DNA from: Oscillospiraceae bacterium
Lineage (GTDB): Bacteria > Bacillota > Clostridia > Oscillospirales > CAG-272
DNA length: 64,000 nt
Assembly (NCBI GenBank): GCA_015063625.1
Contig: SVTT01000004.1
Span: forward strand, 2,223 to 66,222
Direction of reading: 5' to 3'
A model generated the notes under the pieces. That model searched no databases, had not been told where the DNA came from, and saw only the letters and a program-made list of their open reading frames with translations. A program made the translations under genes and the position numbers. Shown here piece after piece: positions 47,402 through 58,400 of this stretch; positions within the stretch are counted from its first letter, which is position 1; the number at the start of each line of letters is the position of its first letter.

Positions 47402-50400
47402 ATGACAAACAATAATGTGAATTCTTCGATCCTTTCGGAACACAGAAGTGTCGTCAAAACAAGATATATTCTTGCGATCTTCAACTTCCTTGCGATCTTT
47501 GCAGGAACGCTTGTGACGCTCTTCTTCGTGTCCCGAAGGGGTGTTTACGATGTGATCTTAAAGCATCTGTATGTTCTGGCGGTCATCAATATCCTCCAGA
47601 TCATTCTCTGTATCACCGAATACGTGTTGAGAAATCACAAGGGTATCAGCTATAAGCGGATGCCGCTTTTGACCTATGGCGTCGGTGTGCTCTGGCTGCT
47701 GGCGCTGGTCGGCGAGCTGGTTTCGGGCACCATGAAGCTGGGAACGCTCAGAACCGACCTTGCGATCATTGCAGGCATCCAGCTCTTCGTTGCCATTATG
47801 ACTTACCTCACCTGGCCGAGCATGGACAGGCGTGCGATCGATGCCATGATTCGCCCGAGTGTCAGAGGTGACGAGAAAAAGAGGGCAAAAAAGGCAAGAT
47901 CCTTTGTGCGGAGGTATGCCGTGCTGTTCGTGGTGATCCTGCTCGCGCAGGTGGGCACGCTGGTTGCTTACAAGATGCCCCCCACGTTCTACGATCTTTT
48001 CTCGGACACCCGTGCGCTGGAGTACGAGCTGAACGAGGAGGGTGACGGCTATATCGTCACTGCGGTCTACAAGGGAACCTCTACCAAGGTCAATATCCCT
48101 GCCACCTATAACAATCTGCCCGTCGTGGGCATTGCCAAGGGTGCACTAATCGATGACAATTTGCTGGAGAATTACCAGTATAACGAGATCGTGTTCGGCA
48201 CGCCCACCACCGTCGAGGGTGAGAGCGTGCTGGTCAGCAATCTGCAATATCTTGAGGATGGCGCGATTGCCAACAACAAGATCGAAACGCTGACGCTTCC
48301 CGCGTCGCTCAAGAGCATCGGTGTCAACGCCGTGCGAAGCAGCTCGCTGCGCACCGTTGAGTACTGTGCCGCTGCCGATTTCCGCTTTGAGAGCTTTGCT
48401 GAGTGTACGGCGCTTTCCAAGGTGGTCATGTCGGGTGACAGCGTGGGCAAGATCATTTCGCTCAACGGAATGGATGCCGATCGCGTTGTGATCCAGGTCA
48501 ATAAGGATATCTATAACCGTTACCGCGAAAACAACCTGAACTACGTCAAGAGCTTCCGTCCCATTCTTCCCGACGACGAGTTCTGCGTGGATTTTTACAC
48601 CAACTGTGATTATTACATCGACAGTATCTTCTGCAAGATCGGCGAGAGCGTCAGTCTGAAGGTCACCGACCTGAAGAAGGCAAGCGCCAACGATAAGGGG
48701 CTTACCGAGGATACCGCAGCATATCTTGCCGACCACCATGAGCTTGGTACCGACGGTGCCAAGGCGCACAGTGCCTTCCGCGGCTGGTATTACGATGCTG
48801 CCTTTGTGTCGGAGTGCGATATTTCCGATACCACGGCTCTGGTTCTTACCGGCAACACCTCGCTCCACGCCAAGTGGATCGACGAGTATAAGGCAGTGGT
48901 CGACTGGGGCGTGATGCCCGACAGAACGGGCGTAAGGGAGCTGTATTGGACCGATGAGGATGTCTGCACCTTCCCTGTGGTTACCGACCGTGTCGGTTAT
49001 TCGCGCGGCGTGGTCTGGAGTGTTGACGATTCCACCGAGCAGGTCTTCACCTCGGCAGGAATCAAGAAGGATGTCACGCTGAAGGCAACCTGGCTGCTGG
49101 ATGCCCCTGTCATTTCGATCGCACACACCCTCAGCGGCGCGGCAAGCGGCGAGGAAACCACCCAGAACTATGCCGCCTTCGTTTACGATGAGCATAAGGT
49201 GCTTTCGCTGTCCGCCAACCGCACGCATCCGCTTGACGGACGCAGTCTGGACGGAAGGGTCACCGATTATACCTATGAGTGGATCAGGCAGGGGAGCACG
49301 GAGCCCGATAAGGCTCCTTCCGTCAACCTGCAAAACGTCGCGGACACCGGTATTTATACGCTGCGCGTGACGGTACATTCGCCTTATGGCGAAACGGCGA
49401 CCAGCGAGGTCACCTACGAAGCGCGCATTGATAAAAAGCCCATTGATATCGGCACGGCAGAGCTTTTGAATGAAAGCATGGTGTACAATGCCACCAACAG
49501 GACGCTGGTGATGGGGGGCACGCTCAACACCGAGCGCATCGACGTTCTTTATAAGTATTACAGCAACGTCGGCGGCGTGAGAAGCTTTGTTTGTGACAAT
49601 GTGGGCGTGATGAATGCGGGCACCTATACCGTCGAGGCAGTCCTTTCCAAGAACAATGCGGCGGAGGCGGCAAACTATGAGACCCGCACCCTGACTGCGA
49701 CCATGCAGATCACCCCGAAGCCCCTTTCCTTCATCAGCTGGTCGAATGACAGCTTTGTTTACAACGGCACCGAGCGCACGGTCGTCATGAACGTGGGCGG
49801 TATTCTCGGCAGCGACGTGGTGGAAATCACCTATCGCGGCAATAAGGAGACTGACGCGGGCAGCAACTATACCGCCGTTGCCGTCGGGGTCACCAATCCC
49901 AACTACTCGTTTGCGGCGATCGAGGCAACCAATGACAATACGCTGATCTGGCGCATCGATCCCAAGCCCGTCACGGTCAAGAACTGGCAGACCGACGGCA
50001 GCGACTGGTCCTCCTTCAGCGTTGTTTACGATGGGCGTCAGCATAGCGTTTACGCTGTGCTGGAGGGTGCCATCGAGGGGGATGTCGTCAGCTTTGTCTA
50101 CGATCATGTCAATCACAGCGTCAATGAGCAGATCAATGCAGGTCAGTACGTGGCGTCCATCATCGGCACCACCAACTCCAACTACGTCTATGACGCCGAT
50201 GCCGTCGATGCAAGAGCAACACAGGTGTGGGAGATCACGAGAAGAACGCTCACGATCAACTATCTGTCGTCGGGCACCTTCTATTACAACGGACAAAATC
50301 AGGGTATCGGCGTGCAGATCCTGAACTTCTGCGGCTCCGATGCTGAGAATTTCAATATAGAGATGCTGGATCTTGCCGACAATACCGCAACGGCAAGATT

Positions 50401-53400
50401 CATTTCGGCTGAAAACGGCATTTATACGATTGCCATGACGGGGCTTGATGCAGGCAGCTATACGGCAAATATTCAGGGTCTTATCGGCAGCAGTGAGATG
50501 CTCAACAACTACACGATGAGCACCGGAAGCCGCAGCTTTACCATCCGTCCCAAGCCTCTCACGGTCACGGCACCCGCCGCCGCGCTGGTCTATAACGGCT
50601 CCGCACAGGAGTATTGTGTGCGTATCGGCGGCATGCTGGAGGAGGATCTTCCTCTGTTCGCCTTTGAGCAGTTTGGCACCACGGCGCTTTCGGGCCGTGT
50701 GGAGGAAGGGGAATTCCTGCTTTCCTACCGCGGCACGGATGCGGGCAGCTACACGCTCTCGGTCAGTGATTTCTCCTTTGTCAACGGCAACTACGTGCTG
50801 TCCGATCCCTTCAGCGGCAGCTTCTCGATTGCGCGAAAGCCCATCTCGGTCTCTGCATGGCAGATCGCCGATATGGCAAACGGCAGTGCGCTTCTTCCTC
50901 TTGAGGGCGGCTCCGGCTTCGTTTACAATTACAGCGGTTATCGCGTCAACGCCATCCTTTCGGGCGTCGTCAGCGGCGAGAGCGTTGTGATCTCGCTCAA
51001 CAGAGCCGATTACCGTGACGCAGGCGCTTACCGCACCATTGCAACGCTTGACGAGGCCGTCTATACCAACTATACGCTTCTCTCCAATGCCGACGTCAGC
51101 TGGCAGATCACGCCCTATGTACTGGATCTCAGCTGGACCGTCAACGGCGGAACTGCCACGCTCTTTACCTATGACGGTGTTGAAAAGGTGGCAACCCCCT
51201 CCTTTGCCGCATTGGGTGATGACACCGTTTCGCTGATCTATGGCATGGATGGCAGAAGCCGCACCGATGCGGGACTTGCAGAGATCCTGGTAGCACGCAC
51301 CGACAGCGCCAACTACACGCTGGGCAGGGGCGCAAGCTTTAGCTTTACCATTCTGCCGAAGACCGTAACCGTTGGATTCTCCGATCTTGGCAGCGTATTC
51401 TACAACGGCAGCTATCAGGGCCCCGAGTTTACGATTTCGGGTCTTGTGGCAAGCGACGTGGAGAGTGGCAATCTTTCGGTGTTTGCACAGACGGGTGCCA
51501 ATTCGCCGGTCAGCGGCAGCAGTCAGCCCACCTTCACCTTCCTTGTGGATGGATCCGCCTCCTATTCCTTTGCGGATCAGTCCTTTGCGGTCGATGCGGG
51601 TGAGTATGAGATCAGCCGTCTGGTCATCTACAAAAACGGCGCGGTGGACGGCAACTATACCGTTGAGGCACATACCTCCTTCCGTATTCTGCCCAAGACG
51701 ATCGCTCTGACGGGCGTCTGGCAGTACCAGAACAGCCGCCGTGCGAGCGCGGTCTTTACGGGTGCGGTCGGTGAGCTGATCTATAATAAGGCGACTTACA
51801 CCTTCACCACCGAGATCGCAAGCGGTCTTGTGGAGCGTCTTGGAGTGCTTGACACGGTGACGCTGGATTATGAGGGCACCAATGCGGGCATGAACGCAGG
51901 CACCTACACCACCACTGTATCGGGACTTCTCGGCACCTATGCCGCGAACTACACGCTTCCTGACAGCAATGCTGTGGTCGAATGGACGGTCGTTCCCAAG
52001 ATCGTGACCCTTAACTGGTCCTCCAATTCCTTTATCTATAACGGCAGTAACCGCACACAGTCTGCGTCTCTCAGCTCCTCGGCATCGGCAGATGACGACG
52101 GCAGGATCTATTCGGGCGATAGCTATTCTCTCTCGTACGACGGCAATGTCGCCTCGGACGCGGGCAGCTATGTGGCAACCGTTCTCTCGGTCGGCAACAG
52201 CAACTATGCGCTGGACGCCTCCAGCAATACCGAGTACGAATGGTCGATCGCCAAGCGTGCCGTGAGCCTGAGCTGGTCCTACACGAGCATTGTTTACAAC
52301 GGCAGCGTGCAGTATCCGCAGGCAACGGTTTCCAACGCGGTTTACGGTGATGCCGTGAACGTGACGGGCTATACGGGCTATGCAGGTAACCGTGTTGCCG
52401 CCACCGGCTATACCGTTAGCGTAACGGCGATCGATAATGAGAACTATACGCTGGAGGAGGGTACTAACCTGACCGCCACCTACGACATCACCAAGAGAGT
52501 GCTGGAAACGCGCTGGTATGCGACCTATGACGGTGTGTCCAAGGTTGAGCTTTCCTCGCTCGTCTACAACGGTCGGAGTGCAACCGTTCTCGTCGAGTTC
52601 CTCAATAAATGCACAGGAGATGACGTTGAGCCTGTCTACAGCACCAACGTGTTCCTCGATGCCGCAGACGATTATACCGTTTCGCTCGGACTCAGCGGTG
52701 AGGACAGCGCCAATTACACGCTGGACGGTCTCGCGGTCGGCTTCGGCATCGCCAAAAAGCCTGTCACCGTTACCTGGCTCTGGGATGGCGAATATAGCTC
52801 TATGCCCACCATCGTTTACGACGGCAGTGCACATACCCTTGTTCCGACCATCAGCGGTCTTGTCGGCAGCGATGCCACGGGCAGAGAGATCGTTTGGACC
52901 CGTGTTTCGGGCGGCACCAACTTCACGGCGGCAGGCGCTTATGATGCAGGTCTGTTCTGCGTGAGCATTGAGTCGCTCACCAATCCCAACTACACCGTTG
53001 AGGGTGTTTCCTCGGCAGTCGAGTATATCGAGATCCTGCCGCAGCCCGTTCGCATCACCTGGTCGGGTGAGTTCTCCGCTGTTTATGACGGCATAGGACA
53101 CCAGATCCAAGCCAGCGTGGTCGGTAAGAATAACGGTGTAACGGTTCCGTTCCACTACCTGAACGACGAGAACGGCGCCATCAATGCCGGCAGCTATACC
53201 TTCTATGTGAGCACGCTGGATGATCAGAACTATACCCTGGAGGGCGTGACCGGTTCGCTTTCGAGCATGATGACCGTCGCACCGAGAGTGGTAGAGATCT
53301 CCTGGGCGAACAACACCACCTTTGTCTATACGGCAGGTGTGTCGCATACGCTTGAGGCAAGCGTGACCAATGTTGCGCTTGGTGATCGTGTCGATGTTAT

Positions 53401-54499
53401 TTACAACGGCTCGAACACGTATACGAATGCGGGCAGCTACACCGCCGTGATCACGGGCGTGGACAACAGCAACTACACTACCAACGGTGCACAGGCGCTT
53501 TCCGCCACCATGATCATCGAAAAGCGCGTGGTCAGTGTCATCTGGTCGGGCACGAACGCCTTCACCTATGACGGTAATACGCATGCGCTGACGGCAACCG
53601 TCACCGATTCGGATTCGAACCCCGTTGATTTCGTTTACCAGAACAACAACAACCGCAATGCGGGCAGATACACCGTGTCGATCAGACTGTCGGATACCGC
53701 CAACTATACCGTGAATCCCGAAACTCCCGTGACGAGAACTCTGGTCATCAACCCGCGCACGCTGGGTGTGACCTGGACGGGTATGGGCGAGTACACCTAC
53801 AGCTACGGCGAAACGCATACGCTGGAGGCACAGCTGACCAACGTCGTCAGCGGTGATACGGTGACCCCCGTGATCGACGGATACACGATGCCGGTTTCGG
53901 GCGTCGGTGTCTACACCAATACCGTTACTGCTCTTAGCGGAAGCAGCGCAGGAAACTACTCGCTTCCCACAGGTGCCACCGTGACGGCAACCCTGACCAT
54001 CGTGCCCCAGGCAGTGCGCATTACCTGGACGGGCGCGACCTCGGTGGAATACGACGGCTCCGCACATCGCCTGACCGTAACCGTCGTTGGTGCAACCGAT
54101 GGCAATGCTGTTCCCTTTGTGGCAAGCGGTATCGGCTCCTATGATGCGGCCGGCGTTTACAACTACGCCGTTACCGAGCTCCAGAGCACGAACTACACGC
54201 TTTCCGGCGCGATCGGTGATCTTAGCAAGACGCTGACCATCGAAAAGCGCGTGGTGACCCTCGATTGGACCGACCTCGAGCAGGTGGTCGGCTCCACCTA
54301 TGCACCGACCGCAGTCGTAACCAATGCGGTGGTGGGTGAAGCGGTGACCGCGGTCATCTCGGTACCCCAAAACGTCGCGGAGCTGACCGCGGGCGCATAC
54401 GATCTGACCGTCACCGCGCTTTCGGGTGCCGACGCTGCCAACTACACGCTGGTCGGTGCCACCAACCTTGCTGCGACCTTAACGGTCACCGCATCGTAA
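47402..54499 (+). CDS. giant (2365 aa) membrane-anchored surface protein composed of about 25 tandem MBG-type repeats
   Basis: four N-terminal TM helices, then repeated units of about 75 aa with VYNG..Q, AG.YTV and NYTL...TLTI motifs typical of the MBG (YDG) domain. Confidence 0.7.
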   Translation: MTNNNVNSSILSEHRSVVKTRYILAIFNFLAIFAGTLVTLFFVSRRGVYDVILKHLYVLAVINILQIILCITEYVLRNHKGISYKRMPLLTYGVGVLWLLALVGELVSGTMKLGTLRTDLAIIAGIQLFVAIMTYLTWPSMDRRAIDAMIRPSVRGDEKKRAKKARSFVRRYAVLFVVILLAQVGTLVAYKMPPTFYDLFSDTRALEYELNEEGDGYIVTAVYKGTSTKVNIPATYNNLPVVGIAKGALIDDNLLENYQYNEIVFGTPTTVEGESVLVSNLQYLEDGAIANNKIETLTLPASLKSIGVNAVRSSSLRTVEYCAAADFRFESFAECTALSKVVMSGDSVGKIISLNGMDADRVVIQVNKDIYNRYRENNLNYVKSFRPILPDDEFCVDFYTNCDYYIDSIFCKIGESVSLKVTDLKKASANDKGLTEDTAAYLADHHELGTDGAKAHSAFRGWYYDAAFVSECDISDTTALVLTGNTSLHAKWIDEYKAVVDWGVMPDRTGVRELYWTDEDVCTFPVVTDRVGYSRGVVWSVDDSTEQVFTSAGIKKDVTLKATWLLDAPVISIAHTLSGAASGEETTQNYAAFVYDEHKVLSLSANRTHPLDGRSLDGRVTDYTYEWIRQGSTEPDKAPSVNLQNVADTGIYTLRVTVHSPYGETATSEVTYEARIDKKPIDIGTAELLNESMVYNATNRTLVMGGTLNTERIDVLYKYYSNVGGVRSFVCDNVGVMNAGTYTVEAVLSKNNAAEAANYETRTLTATMQITPKPLSFISWSNDSFVYNGTERTVVMNVGGILGSDVVEITYRGNKETDAGSNYTAVAVGVTNPNYSFAAIEATNDNTLIWRIDPKPVTVKNWQTDGSDWSSFSVVYDGRQHSVYAVLEGAIEGDVVSFVYDHVNHSVNEQINAGQYVASIIGTTNSNYVYDADAVDARATQVWEITRRTLTINYLSSGTFYYNGQNQGIGVQILNFCGSDAENFNIEMLDLADNTATARFISAENGIYTIAMTGLDAGSYTANIQGLIGSSEMLNNYTMSTGSRSFTIRPKPLTVTAPAAALVYNGSAQEYCVRIGGMLEEDLPLFAFEQFGTTALSGRVEEGEFLLSYRGTDAGSYTLSVSDFSFVNGNYVLSDPFSGSFSIARKPISVSAWQIADMANGSALLPLEGGSGFVYNYSGYRVNAILSGVVSGESVVISLNRADYRDAGAYRTIATLDEAVYTNYTLLSNADVSWQITPYVLDLSWTVNGGTATLFTYDGVEKVATPSFAALGDDTVSLIYGMDGRSRTDAGLAEILVARTDSANYTLGRGASFSFTILPKTVTVGFSDLGSVFYNGSYQGPEFTISGLVASDVESGNLSVFAQTGANSPVSGSSQPTFTFLVDGSASYSFADQSFAVDAGEYEISRLVIYKNGAVDGNYTVEAHTSFRILPKTIALTGVWQYQNSRRASAVFTGAVGELIYNKATYTFTTEIASGLVERLGVLDTVTLDYEGTNAGMNAGTYTTTVSGLLGTYAANYTLPDSNAVVEWTVVPKIVTLNWSSNSFIYNGSNRTQSASLSSSASADDDGRIYSGDSYSLSYDGNVASDAGSYVATVLSVGNSNYALDASSNTEYEWSIAKRAVSLSWSYTSIVYNGSVQYPQATVSNAVYGDAVNVTGYTGYAGNRVAATGYTVSVTAIDNENYTLEEGTNLTATYDITKRVLETRWYATYDGVSKVELSSLVYNGRSATVLVEFLNKCTGDDVEPVYSTNVFLDAADDYTVSLGLSGEDSANYTLDGLAVGFGIAKKPVTVTWLWDGEYSSMPTIVYDGSAHTLVPTISGLVGSDATGREIVWTRVSGGTNFTAAGAYDAGLFCVSIESLTNPNYTVEGVSSAVEYIEILPQPVRITWSGEFSAVYDGIGHQIQASVVGKNNGVTVPFHYLNDENGAINAGSYTFYVSTLDDQNYTLEGVTGSLSSMMTVAPRVVEISWANNTTFVYTAGVSHTLEASVTNVALGDRVDVIYNGSNTYTNAGSYTAVITGVDNSNYTTNGAQALSATMIIEKRVVSVIWSGTNAFTYDGNTHALTATVTDSDSNPVDFVYQNNNNRNAGRYTVSIRLSDTANYTVNPETPVTRTLVINPRTLGVTWTGMGEYTYSYGETHTLEAQLTNVVSGDTVTPVIDGYTMPVSGVGVYTNTVTALSGSSAGNYSLPTGATVTATLTIVPQAVRITWTGATSVEYDGSAHRLTVTVVGATDGNAVPFVASGIGSYDAAGVYNYAVTELQSTNYTLSGAIGDLSKTLTIEKRVVTLDWTDLEQVVGSTYAPTAVVTNAVVGEAVTAVISVPQNVAELTAGAYDLTVTALSGADAANYTLVGATNLAATLTVTAS

Positions 54500-54528
54500 T
54501 TCCAACAAAAACGGGGCGTTCCCCACAT

Positions 54529-54559
54529 CACCCCCGAGGAGGAGTCCTCCTCGGGGGTG
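54529..54559 (+). other. GC-rich hairpin downstream of the giant gene (no U-run)
   Basis: CACCCCCGAGGAGGAGTCCTCCTCGGGGGTG; possible weak terminator or processing site. Confidence 0.35.
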
Positions 54560-54606
54560 CCGAAGAGCGATCTCTTCGACATCAAGAACAACTGCGAGGA
54601 TGAAAT

Positions 54607-55395
54607 ATGGTTCAACAGGTCAACCCTTCGAAAAAGGATAAATGGAGCGATTTCGTAATTGATAGCATCGGCGCGTGCATTGCCATGCCCGAGGAGAAGA
54701 AGAGCCATCCGTGTATCATCGTTGCATATATGGTGGGGGCAGGGAAGAAGATCTCCTTCCTTTGCATGGAGCTTCCGCCCAAAAATAAGCTTTATACACC
54801 CGAGGATATTCTGCATGCCATCCGTTCGGCGGAGGGGGTCAGAAATATCTCCTATGCCGATGCCGAGGGGGCAAAGCGAAATCTTTATTTTTGTCGCGAG
54901 CACGAGGGAAAGCTTCTTGACGTGCTGGAGCGCGATTATGAGAACAACCGATTTGTCGGCAATGTCGCCGAGGTCTATACCGCCAGCTTGAAATTTTTGA
55001 TCGATAACCTTGCCGAGGCGGTTTTCAAGCCGGGTAAACCGATCGATCTGCATATCAGTGCCTCGGTAAAAAACGAATACCGTCCAAACACATACGCACA
55101 CGCTGCGATCAACGCCTATAACGCCTGTCTGCTCGGTCATTTGTTTGAGCGTGAGGAGCTGCAGCTCGAAACCAAGGAGCGCAAGCGTGTGAAGATCGAG
55201 GTCCGTACCGTGACCTCCAAGTTCCTTGATGACGGTGTGATGTATATCGCACCCATCTTCCGCGAATCCGAGCAGGTCGTGGATTACTATGAAACCGAAG
55301 AATTCAATTATATTGACGGGGAAGACGTTTATACCCGAAAATATCGGATCATATATAGCAACCGCTTAAACGGTTATAACCTTGTCAGGGTCTAA
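54607..55395 (+). CDS. hypothetical protein (262 aa)
   Basis: ORF with ATG start; no family recognised. Confidence 0.5.
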   Translation: MVQQVNPSKKDKWSDFVIDSIGACIAMPEEKKSHPCIIVAYMVGAGKKISFLCMELPPKNKLYTPEDILHAIRSAEGVRNISYADAEGAKRNLYFCREHEGKLLDVLERDYENNRFVGNVAEVYTASLKFLIDNLAEAVFKPGKPIDLHISASVKNEYRPNTYAHAAINAYNACLLGHLFEREELQLETKERKRVKIEVRTVTSKFLDDGVMYIAPIFRESEQVVDYYETEEFNYIDGEDVYTRKYRIIYSNRLNGYNLVRV

Positions 55396-55411
55396 GAGGA
55401 GTTATTTCAGT

Positions 55412-58400
55412 ATGAGTCAAGAGAAAAACAAAAACGCCAAAAAGGCAAATGCACCGAAGAGTGCCGCAACGGGCAACGCAAAGGTCGTTGCCGAAAAGGC
55501 GGAACAGCCGAAGCAATCGGCGCCCGTGCAAAAGAAGGAGGCTGCCGTCACGCCCGTACAAAGATTGGGGGATAAGATCCCTCCCGAGCATGCGCAGGAG
55601 TTTTTGCTGGGTCCACGTTCGGTAGGCGACGTTTCGAATTCCGCGATTCTTTACGAAAGATTTGGTTATACGCATAAGACGGTGCAGATGAGCGTGACCT
55701 GCCATGGGTATTACGATAAGGATACCGCAAAGCTGATCGGCATTCTGCCCCGTATAGCTCTCGTTACGGTATGGGAAAAGGCGAGCAGATGGTTTGTCGA
55801 GCACCCGGAGCAGGGTAAGGCATGCTCTCTGACGCTTTCCGAGTGGGAGGAGAATCGCTCTAAGCTTGAAAAATATCTTGCCCGCGTCAATCGGAACACC
55901 GAGCTGACGGTGGGGGAGGTCATGGATATCCCCGAGCTGGTGTTCGAGGAGCTGTTTTTGACCAAGGCAGACCGCACGGTCTTGCTGCTCAAGGCGGCGA
56001 TCTTTTACGAGATCGAGGAGATCAACCGTCTGAAGAAGCGTTGGAAAAAGATCAAGAAATACAAGCACCGTGTGGCGCTGAACGTGGCGGACGGTGGCGT
56101 GTTTACCGCCGAGGAAACGCTGATCCTGAGCGAGCTTGGCATCCGTCGGCTCAATGATATCCGCAAGAGTGACATCTACTTTTTGAAGCACCACCTTCAG
56201 ACCCGTGATTTCTTCACCATCGTAGAGGAGATCAATGCTGCCTTCAAGGAGGATCTTGAGCGCCGCAAGGATAAGCGTTATAAGTTCTATCCCTTCCTTA
56301 TCGGGTATCTTGCCCTCGGCATTGTCGCTTACTTCAGCTTTACCTATCAGTATACGCTGATCAAGGACGCTGCCGCCAACACGGTCTACATCAATGCTTT
56401 GGCGTGCGCGTGGATCCTTGGACTTCTTCTTTTGCTGCGCGGTGCGCTGCGTGCCATCCGTCGCCGCCGTACCAAGGCACCAGATTACTACTATTTCACG
56501 CGCAAGGTGCGCCGTGCCACCAAGTTCCTTGCCGTGCTGTCACTGGCGATCCTCGGCGCGACCGCCATGTTCTATCAGCGCTATGACGATTATGACAGCA
56601 CCCTGTATTACCGCGAGGTGAAGGAGGGCGGCATCGCCGTCGCGGGGCTTCGCAATGAAGAGGTGAAAAATATCACTGTTCCCGAGTCGGTCGGTGATCG
56701 TCAGATCGTTTTGGTCGATACGGCTGCCTTTAAGGGGGATGATATTGTCGATATTGTGTTGCCGGGGGGTGTCACAAAGATCAAGAGCAGCGCCTTCGCG
56801 GGCTGTGAACAGCTGAAATACGTGCTGCAGGATGCTTCGCTTGGCGGTGTGACCGAGGTCGGAAGATCTGCTTTCCGCGATTGCACCTCCTTGCAGACGG
56901 TTGATTTTTCCTCGCAGCTGAGGCTGATCGGCGATCGCGCCTTTGAGGAGTGCAAGTCCTTCCTTGATGTGAGCCTTGACAGTGCCGAGGTCATCGGCAA
57001 AAAGTCCTTCTTCAATTGCAAGGGCTTCCGTCAGATCGTGATCCAGCCCGTTACGCAGGAGATCGGCAAGAACGCCTTCGGCGGCTGCACCTCCATCACC
57101 GATATCACGCTGCCCTTTATCGGCAAAAACCGTGCGCTTGCCGATAAGCAGTCGCTCAATTATATCATTGACTGTGATTCGCACACGGGCGGTAGCACCT
57201 TTACCGTTACCATCACCGATATCTCCTTCATCCACGGCGCGGCGTTCAACGATTGCGAATCGGTGGGCGAGATCCGTTTGCCCGAATACATCACTGAGAT
57301 CGAGGAGGGTGCATTTGACGGTGCAAAGAATCTGCGCGCGGTCAATATTCCGAATGCTGTCACCGTTTTGAATAAGCATCTCTTTAAGGATTGCCGATCT
57401 CTGACCACCATCACGGGCGGTACGGGGATCACCACCATCGGCGAGGGCGTGTTCTCGGGCTGCAGCGCGCTGGTCTCCGTCAATTTCCCAAGCCTTACTG
57501 TCATCGGCAAGGAGGCGTTCCTCAATTGCGGCTCGCTGCTCGAGATCGGCGAGCATACGAGACTTTCCCGGGTGGAGGAGGCTGCCTTTGCGGGCTGTGC
57601 CTCGCTTTCCTCCATGGATCTTTCCTCCTGCAGCAGTGACGGCATCGGAGAAGCGGTCTTCCGTAATTGCGGAATGCTCTCCACGGTACTGCTCCCCGCA
57701 GGTATGCAGACCATTCCCGCAGCGCTCTTTGACGGATGTCATTTTCTCAATGATTTCACCTTTGATCCTGCCACCACAGCCATCGGTGACGAGGCGTTCC
57801 GCGGCACGGGTCTTCGCACACTTTCGCTTCACGAGGGCTTGACCTCGATCGGCGATTCGGCATTTGAGTCCTGTACGGGCATCGGCATTCTGCTGCTCCC
57901 CGAGTCGCTGACGCACGTTGGCAAGGATGCGTTCTCCTCCTGCTCGGGTGTCTACGAGCTGAAAACGCCCTTTATCGGTGAGTCGCGCGAGCATGCGAAG
58001 AGGGGACTCTCCTATATGTTCGGCAATCACACTTCGATTTCGACGATCATCGTCACCTCCATGTCCACCATCACGCCCGACACCTTTAAGGCGGCGAAGT
58101 CCTCGCTTTCCAAGGTCGTGCTGGGGGACGGTGTGCAGATCATTAAGAACAAGTCCTTCAAGGGCTATACGCATCTGGGCTCGATCTCCTTCGGTCAATC
58201 GCTGACCACGGTCGGCAGTGAGGTGTTTGCCGACTGCAAGGGACTGACCCACTTTGATTTCGGCGAAACCAATGTGCAAAAGATCGGCAAGGGAGCCTTC
58301 TCCAACTGTACGTCGCTGCAAGGCGTGGTGCTGCCCGGCACACTCGAAAAGATCCCCGATAAGCTTTTCCGCAAGTGCACACAGCTCCGCACGGTCGAAA

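Noticed and set aside
48146-54370. 2074-codon ORF on the minus strand
   Set aside because: It is antisense to the giant MBG-repeat gene. It is an artefact of GC-rich, repetitive coding DNA with a paucity of stops and has no independent signals.
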